NCBI RefSeq assembly: GCF_006345805.1
Contig: NC_042997.1
Span: 48,608,001 to 48,672,000, forward strand
Direction of reading: 5' to 3'
Length of the DNA: 64,000 nucleotides
Origin: Octopus sinensis
Taxonomy: Eukaryota
Under the pieces are notes generated by a model that had not been told where the DNA came from, made no database searches, and saw only the letters and a program-made list of their open reading frames with translations. Shown in pieces: positions 53,933-64,000 of the stretch. Position numbers and translations under genes: made by a program. Positions within the stretch are counted from its first letter, which is position 1; each line of letters opens with the position of its first letter.

Positions 53933-54275
53933 TGAAAAATAAGAAAATGGAGATATAGCATTTAATAAAGATTTATTATCAGCAAAAATCAAACGTAGTC
54001 CCTTACCCATTAATACCCTAATTATATTTACACGTTTTGACTTACCCACTAAAACAACCTATAACCCCCTCACTCAGGCATATACCACTATTAGCCATAA
54101 ATAATATTTTTCAGTCTGCTGTGATGAATCTATAATACAACACATAAAAGACCGACGGGTATATATTTATTTAATCTTTATTGGGTTTAATTGAAACAAC
54201 TGTAAGAGACTATGTTTGATTTCTGCTGATAATACATCTTTATTAAATGCTATATCTCCATTTTCTTATTTTTCA
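53933..54275. repeat. Inverted repeat: 68-bp arms (3 mismatches), 207-bp spacer
   Basis: 53933-54000 tgaaaaataagaaaatggagatatagcatttaataaag...aaacgtagtc vs 54208-54275. Confidence 0.92.
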
Positions 54276-54293
54276 TATATATATATATATATA

Positions 54294-54655
54294 CTCTTTT
54301 ACTCTTTTACTTGTTTCAGTCATTTGACTGCGGCCATGCTGGAGCACCACCTTTTAGTACTTATTCTATCGGTCTCTTTTTGCCGAACCGCTAAGTGACG
54401 AGGACCTAAACAAACCAGCATCGGTTGTCAAGCAATGCTAGGGGGACAAACACAGACACACAAACACACACACATATACATATATATACATATATATGAC
54501 AGGCTTCTTTCAGTTTCCGTCTACCAAATCCACTCACAAGGCATTGGTCGGCCCGGGGCTATAGCAGAAGACACTGCCCAAGATGCACGCAGTGGGACTG
54601 AACCCGCAACCGTGTGGTTGGTTAGCAAGCTACTTACCAACCAGCCACTCCTGCG

Positions 54656-54657
<2 letters not shown>
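54294..54657 (-). mobile_element. CORE/V-like tRNA SINE with internal deletion
   Basis: Same family as 4465; lacks the aatcgagcaactcgacccc...gtaagcc segment. Confidence 0.9.
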
Positions 54658-54711
<54 letters not shown>

Positions 54712-54995
54712 GGGTGTATAATTCCCAACTTACAGGTAAAATTCAATTTATATTAAAGCAAATTTCACGATTGTAAATATATAAAATATTAAAATTAAAG
54801 ACTTAAAACCACTATTATGCACTCAAACAGTGATAGACATAAACCAAAACATAAATAACAAATAAAATATATTGTATAAATAGATCTCATATATATATTA
54901 TATATAATGATTAAATCTCAGAGCGAGTTATAAACAGAGCGGTAAAACAATCGTGATACATATATGCCATTTGAATATGGCTAACCCATAAGGGT

Positions 54996-55026
<31 letters not shown>

Positions 55027-55038
55027 TATATATATATC

Positions 55039-55073
<35 letters not shown>

Positions 55074-55177
55074 TATATATATATATATTATATATATATA
55101 TAATATCTTATATATAGATATATATATATATTATATATTATATATAATAATATATATATATTATATATATAATATAT

Positions 55178-55217
<40 letters not shown>

Positions 55218-56752
55218 ATATATATATTATATATATATACATCCATGTGTTATATTTGGGTGTGTGTCTGGGTCAGTGTGTGCGTATACATATATGCTCA
55301 AATTAACCAATAATGAATGCAGTTCTCTCTCTATTGCGTACGTAAAATTTTTCAAGCTTATAAAATCAAGATTCATCTTCGGAATGCTGATATGATACCA
55401 TTCTCTCCAAGCATTGTTACAAGCTAACGATACAGGCTACTCTTACAAACCAAAACAAATCCAAATAAGCGAATACAAAATCTAATACTGGTATTTATTT
55501 GCCATGTTTACAATTATCATAATAGACAATACACTTCCCTGTACATCAAAAACGCCTATAGATTCTCGCTTAAAATTCTTAATGTACCCCACAAATGGAA
55601 CAAGATTGAATATATGCGATGAATTTTATATCTTTATGGAGAGTCCTAAAATATTATTAGAAGACATTTATACTTACTGATATATATCATTGAAAGTATT
55701 TATCATGGGTCTCGTAATAAAAATACCACCGTTAAAGTAACATATTTTGTCTTCGCTTAGCCAATGAACAAAAAAAACACACACACACACACATCCTATA
55801 TAGTTATACACCAATAAATATGCAAGCATACCGTTGTAGTCTAGCTAAATACGCATTAACTTAGATATAGATACAAATCTAGTGTTTATGCGTTTCAGTA
55901 CTTGTGAGTACATTGTACGCACACACACACACACACACACACATATGGGATTGTGTGTGCTTGTGTGTTTGTGTGTGCTTGTGTGTTTGTGTGTGCTTGT
56001 GTGTTTGTGTGTACGCGTATGTGTATGTATATATACGTGCATATATATTTATGTATATATATGATATACATATAACATTTATATATTATACATATGCACA
56101 AATTTATCTAATATACATACACAGATTAATATATGAATACGTGCGTACATTCACATGCATATAGCACACGCACACTCACTCATATATGTATACGTGCATA
56201 TACATTTATATATTGTATACATTAACGCATTTATTTAATATATATACACACATTAAGATATGAATACGTGCCTACATTCACACGCATATTCGAACACGCA
56301 CACACAAGCACATGCGCACGCGCAGAGCAAGATTTGGAGGGGAATACAGTGAGAGAGAGAAAGTTTGGAGTTCCTACAAATAATGCCTTGAGGAAGAGGT
56401 TAGTGTGGAAACAAGAATGTGAGGAAGGGCAAGAGTAACTGGGGGAGAAGTGATGAATGGGTCGGATGGGCTTGGATGAAAATTAGAGACTGCTGTACTG
56501 ACAATGAATAAACTAGTGTGAAGAAACAAGACAGCTGTGAAGTAGCGGTGGTTGAGGTGTGTTAGTAGATAGATATTTATCAATCATTCAAATCTTCTTC
56601 ATTGTAAATTCTGTCTACGGAGCAGATTTGTGTTTCCTGCAAAAACATTCTCTCGGACTTGTGATAAGTTTTCCAATGTTGATATCAATTGCTCGTAAGA
56701 AAAACTACTTGTGTATATGTTTTCAGGTACACAATAATATTATATATTATTA

Positions 56753-56923
56753 GGCGCAGGAGTGGCTGTGTGGTAAGTAGCTTGCTAACCAACCACATGG
56801 TTCCGGGTTCAGTCCCACTGCGTGGCATCTTGGGCAAGTGTCTTCTGCTACAGCCCTGGGCCGACCAATGCCTTGTGAGTGGATTTGGTAGACGGAAACT
56901 GAAAAAAGCCCGTCGTATATATG

Positions 56924-56956
<33 letters not shown>

Positions 56957-57150
56957 TTGTCCCCCTAGCATTGCTTGACAACCGATGCTGGTGTGTTTAC
57001 GTCCCCGTCACTTAGCGGTTCGGCAAAAGAGACCGATAGAATAAGTACTGGGCTTACAAAGAATAAGTCCCGGGGTCGATTTGCTCGACTAAAGGCGGTG
57101 CTCCAACATGGCCGCAGTCAAAATGACTGAAACAAGTAAAAAATAAAAAG
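56753..57150 (+). mobile_element. CORE/V-like tRNA SINE, full length
   Basis: ggcgcaggagtggctgtgtggtaag...ggttcagtcccactgcgtggc...gactgaaacaagtaaaa. Confidence 0.92.
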
Positions 57151-57671
57151 TATATATATATATCGTTGCTATTATATTTAAACTGTCGTACGTCCAAATT
57201 TAACCAAAGGTGTTTTATTTTCCAATATCTAATTTTGCTTGCAATAGCTGGTTCTTTTGGTCAAACTGTCGTATTTCCAGCTGCTTCAGATGCCAAGATA
57301 TGAAAATTGTCAAACTGTGGTACCACAGTTTAGCATTTTTCAAAAGTGTACTAAGTTCCATATTCCACAGTTTTGCAATAATATTTCTGACTGAAAATAT
57401 CATACATGCATGGAGTCACAATTTTATGCACCCAAGTATTATTGTTAAGCTGAAATCGAATGGTGAAACTATTTGTTTGCGTTCTGAAAAAGCTACATTT
57501 TGGACTTACAACACCATTGCATAATAGCAACGATATGAATATATATATATATATACACACACAGACACACATATATATATATTATACATATATATATATA
57601 TATATATATATATTCTATCTTTGTATCTTCCATCTTCCGTCTCTCTTATTAACTATATATATATATATATA

Positions 57672-58532
57672 GAGGATAAATTTGAGCTAATCCACTTTGG
57701 AAAAGATGATGCCCTGAAACTCCCATACTCCCTTCCTTCAGGTGAACCTCTCGCGGCGTCCAACAACATCAGAGACTTGGGAGTAATTGTGGACAACAAC
57801 ATAAGCTGGGCCACTCATATAAACACCAAAGTTGACATGGCCCGCAGAATGTGTTCCTGGATTCTCAGAACTTTCCAGTCGAGAGATATCCACACCATTA
57901 TCATTCTCTTCTCCACTTTTGCCCGACCCCACCTTGAATACTGTTGTCCAACTGTGGTCTCCCCACACAATACAACCGGTATCATAAAAGTTGAAGTACC
58001 CAAAGGGCAATCACAAAAAAGATAGATGGCATGACAGGCCTCGACTATTGGGGTCGACTAGAAAAGCTAAAACTTTATTCTCTCCACGTCGTCGTGAGCG
58101 CTAAATCATCTGCATGATGTGGAAAATATTCCATCAGCAATGCCAAATGATGTTGGCATCACCTTCAAGGTACATCCAAGGCTTGGGCCCCGTGCCATCC
58201 GCCCAAAACAAAAATCGCACTCTCATCTCATAACAACAATACGGCACAATTATTTCACCTCAATTGGCCCCGCTCTCTTTAACATTACACCAAAACACAT
58301 TAAAACAGAAACTGACCATATAGGGTTCAAGAAGTCTTTGGACAGATCCTTCAAGAAATCCCGGATAAACCCCCTACACCCGGATATGTTTCTGTAAACA
58401 ATAACTCTCTACTTGAGTGGGCCATAGTGCCCAAATTCTGACTTGAAAGACTTCACCAGGTGGTGCTATTAAGTTAGACATGGCCTGGGCCAATAATGGC
58501 CGAAACCTATCAAAGTATCAAAGTATCAAAGT
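57672..58532 (+). mobile_element. 5'-truncated CR1/L2-group LINE 3' part with (TATCAAAG)3 tail
   Basis: KFELIHFG...IRDLGVIVDNNISWATHI...ILRTFQSRD...ARPHLEYCC...YWGRLEKLKLYS...IGPALFN...FKKSLD; several 1-bp frameshifts. Confidence 0.9.
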
Positions 58533-58596
58533 ATATAATATATATATATATATATATTTAAAAAAAGGAGATGTCGAACACGAGTGGTGATATATA

Positions 58597-59876
58597 AAAA
58601 AGGAAATGAAGAAAATGCTGACAAATAATTGAAGTAATTTAAGTATTTAATTAGGTGAAAGTTCTTTTTACCGGTTGCGCATTTGTTATGCTTATCAAAA
58701 TATAAAAGAGAGATTAGAGTCTGTCTTTATATGTGAAAAAAAGAGGCTCCAGAGTTGTTTTCGATTATTTGCTTGTTTCGCGCTAAAATTTGATTGTCAT
58801 TATGAAGGGGTCACGTGAATGTTTGAATGGAAGTTGGGTTGGGGGTAAGAAAAAAGGCTCCAGAGAAGTTAAAATTGGCTAGTGTCCCGCCTAAATTTTT
58901 ATTGGCCATAATAAAGAGGTCACGTGAATGTTTAGAATTTTCGAAAATAGTGTTGTTGAAAATCCTATTGTTCAGGCTGGTGAGTAGACGTCATGTGGAT
59001 ATTTTAAATAGCTTTTTAGCGCGTAGTTAGGGAGTGTATTTCCGCTTGACTGGATAAGTAAGTGTTAGAACACATGGGGGAGAGCTGTATGTATGTATGT
59101 GTGCGCGCGCGCGCAACGTGTGTGTGTGTTATATATGTATGTGGGGCGCGCGCGCGTGTAATATGTGTAGGTGTTGGGGTACAATTTTCAATATTTATAG
59201 TTCTGCTGGCCATGGCCTTGTGCCGATAACAGGCACTTTCCCAAACGACCACAGGCCCCAGACCCAACCTATAAATATTGAAAATTGGTACCCACCCACA
59301 CACATACACATATATACACCGCGCGCGCCCCAACATACATATAAACACACACCGCGCGCGCGCGCGCACACATAACATACATACAGCTCTCCCTGTTCTA
59401 AACGAACTTACTATCCAGTTCAAGCGGAAATACACTCCCTAACTACGCGCTAAAAAGCTATTAAAATATCCACATGACGTCTACTGACCAGCCTGAACAA
59501 TAAGAATTTTCAACAACACTATTTTCGAAAATTCTAAACATTCACGTGACCTCTTTATTATGGCCATAAGAAATTTTAGGCGGGACACTAGCCAAATTTT
59601 AACTTCTCTGGAGCCTTTTTTCTTACCCCAACACCAACTTCCATTCAAACATTCACGTGACCCCTTCATAATGACCAATCAAAATTTTAGGCGCGAAACC
59701 AAGCAAATCGAAAACAACTCTGGAGCCTCTTTTTTTCACATATAAGAGACAGACTCTAATCTCTCTTTTATATTTTGATAAGCATAACAAATGCGCAACC
59801 GGTAAAAAGAACTTTCACCTAATTAAATTACTTAAATTACTTCAATTATTTGTCAGCATTTTCTTCATTTCCTTTT
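58597..59876. repeat. 1.28-kb fold-back: about 605-bp arms (58597-59200 / 59269-59876), 68-bp spacer
   Basis: aaaaggaaatgaagaaaatgctgaca...tttcaatatttatag is mirrored by ctataaatattgaaa...tgtcagcattttcttcatttcctttt along the full arm; differences are mostly 1-2-bp indels. Confidence 0.95.
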
Positions 59877-59903
59877 ATATATATATATATATAATATAAT
59901 ATA

Positions 59904-59937
<34 letters not shown>

Positions 59938-59996
59938 ATATATACGGCTTTTGTGTATTTCTTAAATGGTTTACAAACACCTTCAACGCTGCAATT

Positions 59997-60032
<36 letters not shown>

Positions 60033-60110
60033 ATAATATTAGAGAATAAATCCAAACTTACAGGGAAAAATCAGATTTAGGATTGAATCCAATATTATAG
60101 TAAAATATTA

Positions 60111-60348
60111 TATTATATTAATTAGAGACAAAACCACTATTAGGCAAATCAAACAATGAAAAACTTAAGCCAATACATAATATTATTAATTTATATTATT
60201 TAAATATATAACAAAATTATTTTTAAAATATTTTAATAATTTTGTTATATATTTAAATAATATAAATTAAATAATCTTATGTATTGGCTTAAGTTTTTCA
60301 TTGTTTGATTTGCCTAATAGTGGTTTTGTCTCTAATTTAATATAATAT
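60111..60348. repeat. About 238-bp AT-rich fold-back, about 110-bp arms
   Basis: attagagacaaaaccactattaggcaaatcaaacaatgaaaaacttaagccaatacataa / ttatgtattggcttaagtttttcattgtttgatttgcctaatagtggttttgtctctaat. Confidence 0.92.
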
Positions 60349-61419
60349 ATATATATATATACATATATGGTTAATGAAAGAGACGGAAGATAGATAGATA
60401 GATAGATAGACAGATAGATAGATAGATAGATAGATATACATACATATATAAATAGATATAGATATAGGTGACGGGCCTTTTCAGTTTCGCTCTACCAAAT
60501 CCAATCAGAAGGCTTCGGTAGGCCCGAGACTATAGTAGAAGACACTTGCCTAAGGTGCCACGCAGCGGGACTGAACCCGGAGCTAAGGTTCTTACCAAAC
60601 ATCAACGCCTGCACCCCCTCTATCTCCCTCTCTCTTTCTCTTTCTCTTTCTCTTTCTCTCCGTATATATATATATATATACACACACATATGTGTGTATG
60701 TCCTCTATCTCTGTTTACTTTGGTGTAAATACTGACCGTCCACCTACTTAGTTGCAATGTTCTGAAGGAAAGCATCAAGTTTCGTTCATATAACTTTAAA
60801 GCGAAAGAAGAACACATTAGCTAAGTATTTCAGAGATGTCACTCATAAATTTTACAGCAAACTTAGCCGTGCTGTGATTACTGGCATGAACGTGTAACGA
60901 ACAATGTACAAAACGGCCATATGCGTTATTTACTTAATGGCTACCTCTTCTGAATTAATTAACAACCGTAGAAAATTATATGAAGAAATCAACGAAGTGA
61001 AATAAGAAAATATAACCAGTTTTCACTATCAAAAGAAAAGTGATCACAGAGCGTAGTTATGTTCATTGTGACGTAACACTAAAAATGAGCGAATCAGACT
61101 CAAAACGTATCGAGGGGTAGAGTTGAATAAATAATCAGAGATATTAGTTGAAAGCAAACAAAATTCTGGTTCATGATGCAAATTCTACGCTTTTAGCCAT
61201 TTTCTTGTCGTTTCCCTTCATTCAGACTTTATTAAAAAAAAAGACTTCTTTCTCTCCTCTGCCTTCCATTGTATCTCACCATTACTTGAACTCTCACCCC
61301 TTCATTTACTGTCTCTCATATATTTGTGTGTGTGTGTGTGTGCGCGCGTGTGAGTGTATGCATGTGTGTGTGATTGTGTGTGTGTGTGTTGTGTGTGTGT
61401 GTGTGTACAGACACCAGTG

Positions 61420-61785
61420 TAAGCTACAGGGAAATGCTGGCCAAGAAACTGAAACCTGCAATTTGCCTCGGAAGACGAGGCCTTTTGTCTAAACAGATGT
61501 TATTGTTGAACGACAATGCACGCACATATACAATCGCCCACACCTTTGAAACTGTTGAAAAATTGGGTTCTGTAAAGTCCAGATCTCGCCCCTTCCGACT
61601 ACCCGCTCGACCATCCTTTAGAAAGTCGTTGAGTTGCTACCGACGGAGTAGGCATGAAGCTTTGCATAAGTGGGCGTGCGACCGTCCGAAAATCTTATCC
61701 GATGGAAGAAGCAAGCTACTAGATCGCTGGAAGAAGTGCATCGAAAAGCAAGGAAACTGTGCCGATCTAGAGATTACAGTAAATG
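61420..61785 (+). mobile_element. Mariner transposase C-terminal fragment
   Basis: KLKPAICLGRRGLLSKQMLLLNDNARTYT...PDLAP...DGRSKLLDRWKKCIEKQGNC. Confidence 0.85.
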
Positions 61786-62277
61786 TTACACTCGATGTAA
61801 CACAATAAACGCTCCATATATTCCATGAAATATCACTATCTCCATGCATCTCGCTGTAACACACATAAAATATGTCGTATCTGTCGTTACCTCCATATAT
61901 CTCGCTGTAATATAAACACAGAATATTATATGTCTCTGAACGTGCCACTACCTCTATGTATCACGCTGTATCACTCTCACGTATCAACCTGTAACACGCT
62001 ATATTTTTCTAAAAGTGTCAGTACCTCCATTTTCCTTGTAACGCTCATAAGTACATTCACGTATATAGAAACATACATAAACACATATATACACCCACTC
62101 TCTCACTCTTACTCTCTCTCTCTCTCTCTTACTCTTCCTCACTTTCTCCTTCCCTCTTTTCGATCTTAAATTTTATTCTTGCCCCTTCACATATATCCTC
62201 TCTATCCTCTCTCCATCTCCCTTTTTCTCTATCCCTCGCACTTTCATCTATGTTGTAGTTTCCTTTTACCCACTCCT

Positions 62278-62312
<35 letters not shown>

Positions 62313-64000
62313 ATTTATCTCTCTCTGCCTCTCTCTCTCTCTCTCATGCATGCTCTTTCGCTCATATTCTCTCATGCTCTCTTTCTATCACTATATCCTA
62401 ATTTTATTCTCTCTCAATCTGTTTAATTACAGTTAATTACTTTTCATTCTTGTTCATTTCCGCGTTTTTCCTTTATCTTTCACTCTCTCCCCCCTCTCTC
62501 TCTGTTTCTCACTCACTTTTCGATAAGGAGACACACACGCATACACTACAATACTCTCACCATAGGACCTCCATCAAGTTCATACAGAACTACACACACT
62601 AACACCCATACATAAATGCATACATACATACATATTACTCTATCCAGATTACAAGTTCAGGTTTATATCTGTAATAATTGGGGCCCTGAGATATGTAACA
62701 CACTGCATAGATACCAATCTTGAGAAATTAGACTTTTCAAAATCAAAACGGAGAAATCTAATACGAAGACTACAGATTCACTCCATCACTAGAACTATAA
62801 AAATCTTTGAAACTTTCCAGAAGTTTATCATTTAAATATATATGACCATTTCTAGATAGGCAAGTATATGCATGAGAATACATACATAAAACATATAAAT
62901 CTGCACATACATGCATACATGCATAAATACATACATACATACAAAAATACCCTGTTGTTGATGTTGAAATTCCAATGAAGGAGCCTTCGATCTAGGTTAG
63001 AAACCGGTTCTTTCTCTATTGGCAAGAAATCTTGAAATAAACTGGATAATGATATATATACATACATACAAACACGTACACGCACACATAAACAAACTAG
63101 CATAGGCAGTTCTACCCGCAATCATGGAACCGAACAGCGTAGAACTACACAAACACAGTGGAGCGCTTATACCCACCGGGGCCTATTCACACAGCCTCAA
63201 TCAAACATAACATACACAAGCTCATAGCAAAACACACATAGCTATACACAAACACGCAAAATACTCCACTCATACAAACAAACTTACGCAAACACGCACA
63301 GTTTAAATGACCCAATCCTCTTCTTTCTTTCTGTCTTTCTTTGTTTCTTTCTGGTTTTTTTTTTTTCGTTTCATATGGCAAACCAAAGTTAACCAGAATT
63401 ACACAATTAGACCACACAAAAGGCTAACAGAACAAAAGAAAGTATTTAACAATTCAAAACACTTCTTGGCGGGACATGATAAAGATGGTCTCTTTCAAAG
63501 AAGAATATTCTATCTTTTTAATCTGGTTTGCTTTTTAATTTTTAATTCAATTTATAATCTCATATTATTTCTAATTATTAGATCATTATTATTCTTGTGA
63601 GAGTAATCAACTTCTAGACAATCTCTGTCATAAAAGTAATAAGTTCAATCTCTACCGAAGTCATTTATTAACACAGATTACTGCATCGTCTGCTTTGTCT
63701 ACAAATTTCGATAAAATTAGTTTATTGAAATTAATTCCATGCCTTTTTTTTCATATTGTACCCACCGGTAGCGAGAGATTTTATTAGCTAATTGCTAGAA
63801 TATTTTCATTTCATCGAAGTTTATCAACTAACTACACTGACTGCAAGCGTCTCTACAATATTTAGTATGCAGAATGTTCCGCTAAGACCCTAAGATGCTT
63901 TTCCTCAGCTATTTTGGTGTTATTTATAATCTGTATCACTACATTACACTCTCCTCTTTCTCTCGGTCTCTCTAGCTGTAAAGGTATATATATATATACT

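Noticed and set aside
58481-58506. CCTG-GGCC-aataat-GGCC-GAAAC at the LINE 3' UTR, hammerhead-like
   Set aside because: Lacks the ANGA core and stem I/III pairing; more simply a 3' UTR stem-loop.

Overview
AT-rich eukaryotic genomic DNA, almost certainly from an octopus (Octopodidae). That assignment is inferred from the tRNA-derived SINE families and the dense (TA)n, (AAT)n, (CA)n and (GATA)n microsatellites. Most of the window is repeat-derived: many decayed R4/Dong-clade non-LTR fragments, three CR1/L2-type RT fragments, Penelope-like remnants, Tc1/mariner remnants (mariner, DD37D-like, DD41D-like), a TA-flanked MITE, a non-autonomous Helitron and at least four SINE families. Nearly all ORFs in the supplied track are microsatellite artefacts or TE fragments. 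Two things stand out. (1) A tentative, sparse minus-strand multi-exon gene for a small secreted protein: signal-peptide exon at 26015-26158, candidate exons down to a stop at 418 and AATAAA at 316-321, and a possible bidirectional promoter near 29.7 kb. (2) Five sequence-unrelated fold-back (inverted-repeat) structures, 144 bp to 1.28 kb, sharing the layout (TA)n / unpaired overhang / arm / loop / arm' / microsatellite. Gene models and family assignments are by eye only; repeat boundaries are approximate unless TIR, TSD or splice coordinates are given.
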